Below are positions 48,127-57,771 of a stretch of DNA of 64,000 bases, in pieces; position 1 is the first letter of the stretch; the number at the start of each line of letters is the position of its first letter. This DNA comes from Parcubacteria group bacterium. GTDB taxonomy: Bacteria; Patescibacteriota; Minisyncoccia; Moranbacterales; UBA11712. The notes under the pieces were generated by a model. The model was not told the origin of the DNA. It saw only the letters and a list, made by a program, of their open reading frames with translations, and searched no databases. The stretch covers positions 974 through 64,973 of the forward strand of contig JBAZYY010000005.1 of the NCBI GenBank assembly GCA_041659065.1, written 5' to 3'. Made by a program: the position numbers and the translations under genes.

Positions 48127-48981
48127 TTATTTGTTATTTTTATTAGACAAAGAGGGAAGTCTTTTGCCTTTTAAAATTTTTGCATTCTTGGCATTTATAA
48201 CGCTTTCGCCTGTTTGTTTTTCTATTTCAAGTCTGGCTTTTTTTGCCGCAAAGCCGCCTCTTCGCGCCACTTTTTTATTTTCTTCCAGTCCTTTAGGTTT
48301 TTGTTTCTTGGATATTTCTGTTGTTGAAACTTCGGCAAGCATATTTAAAACCAATTCGAGATTGGTCATATTGTCTCTCAAATTTTCTTTTTTCAGTCCC
48401 TTGAACTTTTTATAGTCTCTCACGCTTCTGTCCGCCCATGCCCTTGTGATCTCATCCGTCAATATCGCGTATTCCAGTCCTTCTTTCATTTCCCGTTCTT
48501 GCCATTCATCGGTCAATTCTTTTCGCACTTCAATGCTTTTCAAGCGCTGGTTTATCCATTCCTTTGAATAGCCTTTTCGCAAATATGTTTTCATCGCTCT
48601 GTCAAAAGCCAGCTCGGGATCTTCCATTTCTTCTATTCGCTCATATCCAACGCGCGCCAGCCAAAGCTTGATCGGCTCGACTTTCGGGCTGGGGACAGAT
48701 TGGATGAGGCGCAACAATGTTTCAACATCCGCAACATCGGTCATTCTCATTTTTCCATCTGGAGCGACCATTTTCAAACCGTTACATTTTGTAACGGTTT
48801 CATTTGATCCCTCGTCAATCAGGCGTTTTTTGAGTACACGCCAATATACTTGTGGATTTTCGCTATCCGTCAGTACAGCAATAATATCAACGACCGAAAA
48901 ATACCAAAGTTCTTTTTCCTCGTCCCAAAGCCGGCGGATTTCTTTGTTTTCAAAAATGGCAATGCGTTTTTCTTTTTTCAT
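48127..48981 (-). CDS. Bro-N domain (phage antirepressor-like) DNA-binding protein
   Basis: IRRLWDE..WYFSVVDII..YWRVLKKRL..APDGKMRMTD..LIQSVPSPK.EP.KLWLA; ENLRDNMT. Confidence 0.88.
   Translation of the reverse strand: MKKEKRIAIFENKEIRRLWDEEKELWYFSVVDIIAVLTDSENPQVYWRVLKKRLIDEGSNETVTKCNGLKMVAPDGKMRMTDVADVETLLRLIQSVPSPKVEPIKLWLARVGYERIEEMEDPELAFDRAMKTYLRKGYSKEWINQRLKSIEVRKELTDEWQEREMKEGLEYAILTDEITRAWADRSVRDYKKFKGLKKENLRDNMTNLELVLNMLAEVSTTEISKKQKPKGLEENKKVARRGGFAAKKARLEIEKQTGESVINAKNAKILKGKRLPSLSNKNNK
48776..48800. repeat. Intragenic palindrome in the Bro-N gene
   Basis: AAACCGTTACA-TTT-TGTAACGGTTT, perfect 11-bp arms; encodes ETVTKCNGL. Confidence 0.85.
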
Positions 48982-49044
48982 GCGGATAGTTTTTTATTTT
49001 ACCCCCAACATTCAATGTTGGGTTTGATTAAATGGTATATTATC

Positions 49045-49072
49045 ACTATATCACTATCTTTACCCCTGTCAA
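49045..49072 (-). promoter_or_regulatory. Sigma70 promoter of the Bro-N gene; palindrome CCCAACATT-C-AATGTTGGG (49004-49022) in its leader
   Basis: TTGACA-16 nt-TATAGT. Confidence 0.6.
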
Positions 49073-49246
49073 GTACTTTGGCGCAAATTCCCCCGCAAAA
49101 AAATCCCGTTCGTTGCAAAACAAAGACGCAGAAGATTTTATTTTCCATTTTCCCAATATTCAATATTGGGAAGTGATAATTTGCAAAAGCAAATATATCC
49201 TATATACTTTAATTACACAAAACATTAAAAAATCGACTACACATTG

Positions 49247-49927
49247 ATGCAATTCAAGCCGAACGATGTCAAAAAATTTAAAGACGTTTGTGATGAAAAC
49301 GATATTATCCCAGTGATTTTAAAGGAAAATCTGGCAAAATATTTTGTTGAACCGATTCTTGACGTCGGCTCCGGGAAAGGAGAAATCATGAGTCAATCTT
49401 TTCCTGAAAAAAGAGTTATACATATTGATATTCAAGATTTCTCCGAATTTAAAATTTCCCAAAATCATACGAGAGAAATAACTGATTTTTTTAGCTACGA
49501 GCCGCAAGAAAAAATTGGCACGGTTTTTTTGTCCCACGCTCTTCAATTCATCGACGATGACATCGTGCTGCTCAACAAAAAATTATCAGAAATATCACCA
49601 GATTATTTGGTTGTTGTCGCAAACACGAATAAGGATTTCATGGGCGATTTGCTGACATGGATTGAAAAGAACTTCAAAAACTCAAATCCCGAGATTGAAT
49701 TGCTAGATTTTCCACGGGGATACGTCCCTGTCGAATCTGCGCCTTTCACGGCAAAAGTTGAATTGCCAGATTACGATCAACTGGCACTGCAAATTGCATA
49801 TTTATTTGATATTCGTTTGAAACAAGCAGAATCAAGTTTATTGGCAAATTATTTGAGTCAAAAGTTAAGCGCTCCGTCTTTTACGATTGATCAGGAGATA
49901 AAAGTTTATAGAAAAATAAATTCATGA
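49247..49927 (+). CDS. Class I SAM-dependent methyltransferase-like protein
   Basis: ILDVGSGKG, HIDI, FLSHALQFI; 4-bp overlap with the ribA-like gene. Confidence 0.8.
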   Translation: MQFKPNDVKKFKDVCDENDIIPVILKENLAKYFVEPILDVGSGKGEIMSQSFPEKRVIHIDIQDFSEFKISQNHTREITDFFSYEPQEKIGTVFLSHALQFIDDDIVLLNKKLSEISPDYLVVVANTNKDFMGDLLTWIEKNFKNSNPEIELLDFPRGYVPVESAPFTAKVELPDYDQLALQIAYLFDIRLKQAESSLLANYLSQKLSAPSFTIDQEIKVYRKINS

Positions 49928-51222
49928 AAGAAACAGCTTCCGCTAATCTCCCAACAAAATACGGCAACTTTATTATAAAAGCCTGGCCCGAAAAACTCGG
50001 TTTTGAGCCAGTCGCTTTGATGACTCAAAAAATAAATACGAGCAAGCCTGTGCTTGTGAGGGTTCACAGCGAGTGCTTGACCGGCGACACATTCGGGAGT
50101 TACAAATGCGATTGCGGCGTCCAGAAAGAAGAGGCCTTGAAGCTGATTTCAAAATCAAGCACGGGTGGAGTGTTTATTTATTTGAAACAGGAAGGCAGAG
50201 GGATTGGTTTATATGAAAAAATAAAAACATATCATCTTCAAGAACAGGGATATGACACGCACGAAGCAAATATCATGCTCGGCCACAAGCCAGACTTGCG
50301 GGAATATAAATGGGTCAAAAAAATTCTCGACGATTTGGGTATTAAAAAAATCAAATTGATAACCAACAATCCGTCAAAAATCAGCGAGATCTCAAATTTG
50401 GGAGTTGATGTTGCCGAAAGGATTCCTCTTGTGATGAAAAGCAACGAATACAACCGGAAATATTTTGAAAGCAAAAAGGCAAAATTTAAACATTTTTTCG
50501 GAAAAGATATCAGTAATTATTTTTTTGGCATTTCGGGTGTGACGAATTCCACAGAAGTTGAATCTATTGGAGATTTTATGAAAGGCAGAAAGAGGGATCC
50601 CCTTCTGAAAATTTGTTTGGGCATAGCGTTGAATAGAAAATTACTATCAAACGAAAATTTAATAAAAAATATAGAAAAAACGTTCAAAGCCGCGGAATAC
50701 TATGAAGGCTTTGTCCCTATCCTGCACTATTCTTTCCGCTATTCCAAAAATCCCCTCGATGATCTTTTGTTGATCCGAAAATCAATGCCCTTTGTCCAAT
50801 ATATTCAGCTTAATGATCTTTCTTCCAGCTTTTTGAAAGTTTTGAATTATGCAACTAAATATTTCCTTGTTGATTTTCCCCTTTCAAATAATAATTTTAA
50901 CTTGGTCGATAATAGTAAATTTATCGATTTGACAATAAAAAATAAAGTTTTTGTTTTGCTGGATAATAGCGGAGGGAAAGGGAAAAAAGAAAAAGCGGAT
51001 GTTTATCTTTCAAAAATCGGGAAATGTCTTCAAAAAGGAATAAACGATATCGCGCTCGCCGGTGGTTTTGGTCCGGATAACCTTCGCGCCTACCTTGAAG
51101 CAAAAGATTATTTTAAAATAAATTTCTCAATTGATGCCGAAACCGGCCTCAAAACAAACCGGAAACTCGATATGAAGAAAGTAAAGAAATACCTAACAAA
51201 GCTATTAATCAATAAGGGGTGA
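49924..51222 (+). CDS. ribA: GTP cyclohydrolase II fused to a TrpF/PRAI-like TIM-barrel domain
   Basis: VRVHSECLTGDTFGSYKCDCG, QEGRGIGL, LITNNPSK; C-terminal LLDNSGGKG..LAGGFGPDNL..IDAETGLK. Confidence 0.85.
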   Translation: MKETASANLPTKYGNFIIKAWPEKLGFEPVALMTQKINTSKPVLVRVHSECLTGDTFGSYKCDCGVQKEEALKLISKSSTGGVFIYLKQEGRGIGLYEKIKTYHLQEQGYDTHEANIMLGHKPDLREYKWVKKILDDLGIKKIKLITNNPSKISEISNLGVDVAERIPLVMKSNEYNRKYFESKKAKFKHFFGKDISNYFFGISGVTNSTEVESIGDFMKGRKRDPLLKICLGIALNRKLLSNENLIKNIEKTFKAAEYYEGFVPILHYSFRYSKNPLDDLLLIRKSMPFVQYIQLNDLSSSFLKVLNYATKYFLVDFPLSNNNFNLVDNSKFIDLTIKNKVFVLLDNSGGKGKKEKADVYLSKIGKCLQKGINDIALAGGFGPDNLRAYLEAKDYFKINFSIDAETGLKTNRKLDMKKVKKYLTKLLINKG

Positions 51223-51244
51223 ATAACCGCTTAAGACATCTTTG

Positions 51245-51272
51245 AAGCAAACCCTACAAGGTTTGTTTTTTT
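51245..51272 (+). terminator. Probable intrinsic terminator
   Basis: AAGCAAACC-CTACAA-GGTTTGTTT followed by T tract. Confidence 0.6.
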
Positions 51273-51333
51273 ATTTTAGATAGAATAAAATAAGATTGCC
51301 TTTCATAAAATATTTCTTCCAATAAAAAACAAA

Positions 51334-54300
51334 ATGGCAAATAAAAACGGGCCGAATCCAGCCCTTCACGGAGCGCACGAAGAAGACGTCCAGAGAGTGC
51401 TGGCAAAAATGAAACACGAATCCGAGGAACAGCAAGCCGCCAATCTGGCCGGTAGTTTAGGTATACCCTATGTCGACCTCAATATTTTTCCGATTGACCC
51501 GGAAACTTTGCGGACAATTCCCAAAGAAAAAGCACTGGAACACCAGATCGTATGCATCCAAAAATTCGGAAAGAATATCAGCGTGGCACTTGCTAATCCG
51601 GCAGATGAACTAGCAGCAAAATATCTTGAGCAACTAGAAAAATCCGAGGGATATAAAATCAAAATCTATGTTTGTTCGAGCACGGGCCTCCAAAAGACAG
51701 TTGAGCGCTACAAACATATAGCTTTGTCGGAAAATCTCGAAGAACTGCGTTTGACCTTGTCCGGATCCGACCTTGAGGAATTTGAAAAAAACCTTAAAGA
51801 TGTCATTGACCTGCAAAAAAGAATCAATGAAATCCCCACCACGGAGGTCATTAATATTGTTATGGCCGGAGCCGTAAAGATGGAAGCGAGCGATATTCAT
51901 TTTGAGCCTCAAGCAGAGGGTATCCGTTTGCGTTTTCGCCTCGATGGCGTACTGCAAAACATATCCATTCTCCCTTCCTCGGTCTATCACTATATCTTAT
52001 CTCGGGTCAAAGTCCTTTCGGGGATGAAAATAAACATCCGTGATATCTCGCAAGACGGGCATTTTTCCATAAATCTAGAAGGAAATGAAATTGATGTTAG
52101 AGTTTCGATCTTGCCGGGAAACTACGGCGAAAATATCGTAATGCGGCTCCTCAACCAGGCGGTGGTGGCACTCAAATTTGACGACTTGGGCCTTAAAGGC
52201 CTGGCTTACGATAAACTGCGAGAGGAAATCAAAAAACCAAACGGCATGGTCCTCAACACAGGCCCGACCGGGTCAGGAAAAACCACCACACTCTACGCCA
52301 TTATCAACCAGCTTAACTCTCCAGAAGTAAAGATAATTACAGTAGAAGATCCGATTGAATATAAGATCAAGGATATTTCCCAAACTCAAGTATCCCGTTC
52401 TCGTGGATACACTTTTGCCAACGCCTTGCGCGCTATTGTGCGTCAGGATCCGGATGTTATTCTTGTTGGAGAAATTAGAGATGATGAAACAGCCAGCATA
52501 GCGCTTCACGCGTCCCTAACCGGGCACCTCGTACTTTCAACCCTACATACCAACAGTGCTATTGAAACAATTCCGCGCCTCATTGATATGGGGGTTAAGC
52601 CTTCGCTCCTGCCAGCCGCGGTCAACGCGTTCATCGCTCAACGACTGGTGCGAAAACTTTGTCCGCATTGCAGAGAAGAATATGCTCCCGCCCGGGAAAC
52701 CGTGGAAAGCGTCAAAAAAATACTAGCTGTTATATCCCCAAAGGCCAAACTTACCATTCCAAAAGAAATTAATAAATTCTACCGTGCCGGGGGCTGTTCC
52801 AAATGTCATGGGCTGGGCTATAAAGGACGCGTCGGTATCTTTGAAATTTTTACTCTAACAGAAGAGATCAGCAAAAGGGTGACTGAAATGGCGCCTGAGG
52901 CGGAAATTTTGTCGTTAGCGCTTGAAGCTGGCATGATTACAATGCTCCAGGATGGAATTCTCAAGGCGCTTGACGGTGTCACTTCGCTTGAAGAAGTGCA
53001 ACGCGTCACGGGGGAAGGTAAATTTTTGGAAGAGCTCTACGAAAAAATCATATCGCAGCTACTGCTGCGTTCGATTGTAATTACCGTAGATGATGGAACT
53101 GAAATCGAAACACTCAAGAGTGACCTACCGAAATTGAGAGAGCTGGTAAAAGCATCCCCCCCGGAAAAATCTCTGCGCCTCATCCTGGCTGGCGGTCTAA
53201 AGCTCGCTGCAGGAGATATTCACATCGAACCGGAGGAGGAATCGGTGAAAATACGCTACCGTATTGACGGAATATTACAGGACGCAGCCGAAATTCCCAT
53301 CACTGAATACCCTCAGCTATTGGGAAACCTCAAAATTCTCAGTGGTTTCAAGGCCAGTGATACCGAGCAAGGAGTAAGAGACAGTCGATTTGGAATAAGC
53401 CTTGAAGAAGGCGCAATGCCTGAAATCAAAGAGAGAGAGATTGATGTCCGTATTTCGATAATCTTAGGCGGTTACGGCGAAACAGTCGTCATGCGGCTCC
53501 TTAACCAGTCAGCGCAAGCTCTCGAGATTGAAAAACTGGGAATCAGGCAGCAGACTCTCGATAAGATACTCAATAAAATTCGAAAGCCTAACGGCATCAT
53601 CCTGAATACCGGCCCGACTGGATCCGGAAAATCGACTACGCTTTATTCCATCTTAAGCATTTTAAACAAACCTGGAGTGAAAATTATAACCGTTGAGGAT
53701 CCGATTGAATACCGCCTCAAAGGGATTTTGCAAACGCAGGTTGACGACAAAAAGGGCTATACTTTCCCAAAAGCCCTCCGCGCGCTTCTTCGCCAAAATC
53801 CAGACATTATGATGATTGGCGAAATTAGAGATGGCGAAACCGCTCAAATTGCCGTCCAGGCGGCTCTCACCGGCCATTTGGTTCTTTCTACGCTGCATAC
53901 TAATAATGCCGCCGGATCTGTGCAGAGGTTGATCAATATGGAAGTCAGCTCTACTGATATTGCATCTTCAGTCAATGCATTCATGGCGCAAAGGTTAGTG
54001 CGACTTCTATGTCCAGACTGCAAGAAACCAGTGCCTCTCGATGAAAAGACAAGGGAACATTTCACAAAGATACTGGAAACGATTTCGGATAAGACGGGGG
54101 TTGAAATCCCCGGCCTGGACAAAATAACAAATATTTACGCAGCGCAAGGTTGCGAGAAGTGCAACAGAATTGGCTATAAAGGCCGAACAACAGTAAGTGA
54201 AATTCTCGAAGTCACCAAAGAAATGGAAGAACTTATCACGCGCGGTCCGACAACATCCGAAGTTGAGGACCTTGCGATCAAACAGGGAATGCTAACCATG

Positions 54301-54375
54301 ACTCAGGACGGAATTCTGAAAGTGCTGGAAGGCATAACCAGCCTCGAAGAAATTGGCCGAGTCACGGAAGAATAA
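51334..54375 (+). CDS. GspE/PilB-family secretion ATPase with two tandem ATPase modules
   Basis: Two sets of xDIHxEP, GPTGSGK(T/S)TTLY, TVEDPIEY, RQ(D/N)PD..GEIRD, LTGHLVLSTLHTN and tetracysteine motifs. Confidence 0.93.
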   Translation: MANKNGPNPALHGAHEEDVQRVLAKMKHESEEQQAANLAGSLGIPYVDLNIFPIDPETLRTIPKEKALEHQIVCIQKFGKNISVALANPADELAAKYLEQLEKSEGYKIKIYVCSSTGLQKTVERYKHIALSENLEELRLTLSGSDLEEFEKNLKDVIDLQKRINEIPTTEVINIVMAGAVKMEASDIHFEPQAEGIRLRFRLDGVLQNISILPSSVYHYILSRVKVLSGMKINIRDISQDGHFSINLEGNEIDVRVSILPGNYGENIVMRLLNQAVVALKFDDLGLKGLAYDKLREEIKKPNGMVLNTGPTGSGKTTTLYAIINQLNSPEVKIITVEDPIEYKIKDISQTQVSRSRGYTFANALRAIVRQDPDVILVGEIRDDETASIALHASLTGHLVLSTLHTNSAIETIPRLIDMGVKPSLLPAAVNAFIAQRLVRKLCPHCREEYAPARETVESVKKILAVISPKAKLTIPKEINKFYRAGGCSKCHGLGYKGRVGIFEIFTLTEEISKRVTEMAPEAEILSLALEAGMITMLQDGILKALDGVTSLEEVQRVTGEGKFLEELYEKIISQLLLRSIVITVDDGTEIETLKSDLPKLRELVKASPPEKSLRLILAGGLKLAAGDIHIEPEEESVKIRYRIDGILQDAAEIPITEYPQLLGNLKILSGFKASDTEQGVRDSRFGISLEEGAMPEIKEREIDVRISIILGGYGETVVMRLLNQSAQALEIEKLGIRQQTLDKILNKIRKPNGIILNTGPTGSGKSTTLYSILSILNKPGVKIITVEDPIEYRLKGILQTQVDDKKGYTFPKALRALLRQNPDIMMIGEIRDGETAQIAVQAALTGHLVLSTLHTNNAAGSVQRLINMEVSSTDIASSVNAFMAQRLVRLLCPDCKKPVPLDEKTREHFTKILETISDKTGVEIPGLDKITNIYAAQGCEKCNRIGYKGRTTVSEILEVTKEMEELITRGPTTSEVEDLAIKQGMLTMTQDGILKVLEGITSLEEIGRVTEE

Positions 54376-54379
54376 ATAA

Positions 54380-54576
54380 AAAATCTCTAATCTGTAGACA
54401 AATCCCGCAACTAGGGAATCGCGGGGGCAGGAACAGTGTCGAGGAACAAGTCAGCCGAGACCGACCTGCCCAGATCTGGACAAAAAAGTTCCCAGGAAGG
54501 AAAGTTACGAGCTCCCCTTATTGTCTACAGGTTAGAGATTTTAGAGCAAACTGAAATTTTTCTACTATCAGCTTGA
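54380..54576 (-). ncRNA. Candidate structured ncRNA (6S RNA-like or novel)
   Basis: 22-bp closing stem (54380-54401/54521-54542, one mismatch on the minus strand); inner stems with minus-strand G-U pairs; upstream promoter; no ORF. Confidence 0.6.
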
Positions 54577-54582
54577 CTGGAT

Positions 54583-54611
54583 AGATTAGCACAAGCTGAT
54601 TTTTTTGTCAA
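54583..54611 (-). promoter_or_regulatory. Sigma70 promoter for the candidate ncRNA
   Basis: TTGACA-17 nt-TAATCT with TGn extension; overlapped by ATCAGCTTG..CAAGCTGAT inverted repeat. Confidence 0.55.
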
Positions 54612-54722
54612 TATCGGCTTTTTTTGCTAAGATACCCCCACAGGAAGACTTCCTCTTTCATGAACAATCCACCATCTTTTTGGTAAAGTCACGTTGGAGC
54701 GAGATAATTCATAAATATTCTC

Positions 54723-55730
54723 ATGATCACCTCAACTTCCGAAAAAACCGAAGATACAAAGCTTGATGCCACTCTTCGCCCGCAAAGTTTCCCCGAATAT
54801 GTCGGGCAGCAGCAAATAAAGAAAAACTTGGGAATTTTGATCGAGGCCGCTAAAAAAAGGTCCGAACCGATTGAACACGTTTTGCTTTACGGACCCGCCG
54901 GACTTGGAAAAACAACTCTCGCCCACATTATCGCGAATGAAATGAAGGCAAGTATTCGGGCGACATCCGGACCTGCCATTGAGAAGGTAGGCGATCTTGG
55001 CTCAATTTTGACCAACCTTAGTGACGGAGATATTCTTTTTATTGATGAAATTCACCGCCTGAACAAGCTTATTGAAGAAGTGCTCTACCCCGCTATGGAA
55101 GATTTCAAACTCGACATAATTATCGGCAAAGGCCCATCTGCCAAAACTTTGCAACTTGATCTACCTCGCTTTACTCTCATTGGAGCCACCACCCGCTTAG
55201 GTTCAATTTCTTCTCCTCTCCGCAACCGCTTCGGAGTTATCCATCGCCTTGATTTCTACGGAAACGAGGATATGGAAAAAATAATCCACCGCTCGTCAAA
55301 CATTCTTTCTGTGCCAATTGATAGCGCGGGAGCTAAAATTATCTCCAAATGCAGCCGCAGCACTCCGCGCGTAGGCAACCGCCTCCTGAAACGTGTCCGC
55401 GATTTCACTCAGGTTGAAAACTGTGATCTGATCACCGAAGACCTTTCGAGGCGCGCGCTCAAAATGCTTGAGATTGACGAGCTCGGGCTTGAACCCACGG
55501 ACAGAAGAATCCTCCTTACGATGATTGAAAAATTCGACGGGGGACCAGTAGGAATCCAGACTCTGGCGGCAGCTACTTCCGAAGAAGTTGAGACAATTGA
55601 AGACGTATACGAACCCTATCTTATGCAGTTAGGTTTCCTAGCCAGGACTCCTCGTGGCAGAGTCGTAACCGAGTTAGCTTACAAACATCTCAACTTGCCT
55701 TATAATAAGAATCAGGCAAAGCTAATCTGA
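54723..55730 (+). CDS. ruvB: Holliday junction branch migration helicase RuvB
   Basis: [54 protein letters not shown]. Confidence 0.98.
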   Translation: MITSTSEKTEDTKLDATLRPQSFPEYVGQQQIKKNLGILIEAAKKRSEPIEHVLLYGPAGLGKTTLAHIIANEMKASIRATSGPAIEKVGDLGSILTNLSDGDILFIDEIHRLNKLIEEVLYPAMEDFKLDIIIGKGPSAKTLQLDLPRFTLIGATTRLGSISSPLRNRFGVIHRLDFYGNEDMEKIIHRSSNILSVPIDSAGAKIISKCSRSTPRVGNRLLKRVRDFTQVENCDLITEDLSRRALKMLEIDELGLEPTDRRILLTMIEKFDGGPVGIQTLAAATSEEVETIEDVYEPYLMQLGFLARTPRGRVVTELAYKHLNLPYNKNQAKLI

Positions 55731-55757
55731 GCTGCGGCTAAATTTTAATACCCCAAA

Positions 55758-55979
55758 ATGCAGCAAATAATTTCTCTGGCCTATCTATTGCTAATTTTTG
55801 TATTCCTCGCTATGGGCGGGGCAATAATCTTTCATTTACTCTTTTACAGAATCAACCGCCATGTCGCTAGCATTATGTCAATTATTTACATCATTGGTTC
55901 CATAGCCCTTCTGATCTCAAACTTCACGATGTTCAGGGCAGTGGATTGGTACCACTTGGCTTTTAGCACGGGGCTCTAA
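55758..55979 (+). CDS. Small two-TM hypothetical protein
   Basis: 73 aa with two hydrophobic helices, in operon context. Confidence 0.65.
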   Translation: MQQIISLAYLLLIFVFLAMGGAIIFHLLFYRINRHVASIMSIIYIIGSIALLISNFTMFRAVDWYHLAFSTGL

Positions 55980-55994
55980 AATTAATTAGACTTT

Positions 55995-56564
55995 ATGTAC
56001 GGAGAAATTAGCTTTCCGGGGCAGCACGACAACGAGAATATTATCCTTTTTTTACGAAGACACTGGTTCATCTTTCTCAAACGTTTCCTGATTGTGCTGG
56101 CCGCGATAATCGCGCTAGGCGTGATTTATATTTTAATAAATGTCGCGACACCTAACTTAAGAGAAAGCGAATTTAACAACTTGCTTCTTTTTGGGGAAAG
56201 CCTGGCCACGCTTTTCATCTGGAATATGTTTTTTATCTTGTGGCTTGATTTCTACCTTGACGCGTGGATCGTCACGAATGAAAGAATAATCAACATTGAG
56301 CAAAAAGGTTTTTTTTCGAGAAACATTTCAGAGCTCAAGCTCACAAAAGTTCAGGATGTCACTTCCGAAATCATCGGTGTAATCCCTACGCTCTTGGATT
56401 ACGGCAATATCTACGTCCAAACCGCCGGCGAGATAGAACGCTTCACTTTTTATGAAATTCCCAACCCGAATTTCGTCAAAAACACGATCGTCCAACTTCA
56501 GGAAAAAGAAAAAAAATCCGAAGAATCCGAGCTGGGAAAAGCTATCCGGGGGGAGCTAAATTGA
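55995..56564 (+). CDS. Membrane protein with bacterial PH (bPH_2) domain
   Basis: LRRHW, two TMs, IVTNERIINIEQKGFFSR..VQDVT..DYGNIYVQTAG. Confidence 0.85.
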   Translation: MYGEISFPGQHDNENIILFLRRHWFIFLKRFLIVLAAIIALGVIYILINVATPNLRESEFNNLLLFGESLATLFIWNMFFILWLDFYLDAWIVTNERIINIEQKGFFSRNISELKLTKVQDVTSEIIGVIPTLLDYGNIYVQTAGEIERFTFYEIPNPNFVKNTIVQLQEKEKKSEESELGKAIRGELN

Positions 56565-56565
56565 A

Positions 56566-57771
56566 ATGATTTTCAAACACAAACATTTCAGGCTGAACGT
56601 CGAAAGCAAAAGGGTCTTCGACGAAAACGGCAAAGAGCTGGCACTCACGGGCAACGCTTATCGTTTGCTCGTTTTTTTGTGTGACAAGAAAAACGCTACC
56701 CTCACTGACATAAACGTATTTTTTGATCCGGCCGGAGCCAAAGAATACACCGAAAACCATGTCAGGCAATACCGTTATAGGATAAATTCACTCATCGGCC
56801 ACAACGTTGTCGCGTACAAAAACAATGTTTATTCAATAGACGGCCCGATATCCACCGAGGAGAACCGGAAAAAGTGGAAAAAATTTTCCACCAAAGAAAA
56901 GGCGGTCATCCCGTTATCGGTTTTTTTGCTGATAATTTATGGCACATTTACCCTTGGTGAAAAAAAACAGGCCGCCGCCCCGGTTGCAGAGATACATTCA
57001 TCCGAGCAAACTTCGCAAGACTCCGCTCCTATGCCTCAAGACGATATGATTTTGATCCCTGCGGGCGAGTTTCTCATGGGCAGTACTGAGCAAGAGATTC
57101 TCGAGACCTGGCGCCAAAACGACGGAGGATGGGAGAAAGAGGATTATATTTCGGCGTATCCCCAACGAAAAATCACGCTCGGCGATTTTTACATCGACAA
57201 AAAGGAAGTATCAAACGGTGATTACAAAATGTTCGCCGAAGCAACCAAGCGCGCCGCTCCGTCCATGTGGGACGACTATACGCTCAATCTGTCGAACCAG
57301 CCTGTGGTCGGAGTCGACTGGAACGACGCCGATACCTATTGCCGCTGGCTTGGCAAGAGATTGCCCGCTGAAGCCGAATGGGAAAAAGCGGCGCGCGGAA
57401 CGGATGGAAGAAACTGGCCCTGGGGAAATGTTTGGGATCCGACAAAAGACAATCACGGAAATGGCACGGGCTACGGATTTGATGAAAGCGACGGCTGGGA
57501 ATATACGGCGCCCGTGGGCGCGAAACTCGGCGTGAGTCCGTATGGCGTTTTGAATATAGCAGGCAATGTTTATGAATGGACAGCCGATGATTTCAACGCC
57601 TATCCGGAAAATGACAAATACATCCCCGAAGATTCCGAAAAGGGCTTCAAGACACTGCGAGGAGGAGCCTACGACGACGGGATAAGTGAGCAACGCACGT
57701 CCACAAGATGCGGCTTCCGGAAAGATTACAAAGACGTGGATGTCGGCTTCCGCTGCGCGCGGGATAAGTAA
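56566..57771 (+). CDS. Winged-helix-like + TM + FGE-sulfatase (SUMF1/EgtB/PvdO) domain protein
   Basis: IPAGEFLMGS, EVSNGDY, PVVGVDWNDA..YCRW..RLPAEAEWEKAARG, AGNVYEW, RGGAY, GFRCAR. Confidence 0.85.
   Translation: MIFKHKHFRLNVESKRVFDENGKELALTGNAYRLLVFLCDKKNATLTDINVFFDPAGAKEYTENHVRQYRYRINSLIGHNVVAYKNNVYSIDGPISTEENRKKWKKFSTKEKAVIPLSVFLLIIYGTFTLGEKKQAAAPVAEIHSSEQTSQDSAPMPQDDMILIPAGEFLMGSTEQEILETWRQNDGGWEKEDYISAYPQRKITLGDFYIDKKEVSNGDYKMFAEATKRAAPSMWDDYTLNLSNQPVVGVDWNDADTYCRWLGKRLPAEAEWEKAARGTDGRNWPWGNVWDPTKDNHGNGTGYGFDESDGWEYTAPVGAKLGVSPYGVLNIAGNVYEWTADDFNAYPENDKYIPEDSEKGFKTLRGGAYDDGISEQRTSTRCGFRKDYKDVDVGFRCARDK

Noticed and set aside
54380-54542. SRP RNA, RNase P RNA or tmRNA
   Set aside because: No SRP helix-8 motif in a proper stem, no GAGGAAAGTCC, no tRNA-like ends, and too short for the last two
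49247-57771. Toxoflavin-like cluster (methyltransferase + GTP cyclohydrolase II + FGE-domain protein)
   Set aside because: The FGE gene is over 5 kb away beyond the pilB-like gene and ruvB, is membrane-anchored, and no WD-repeat or RibD-like genes are present
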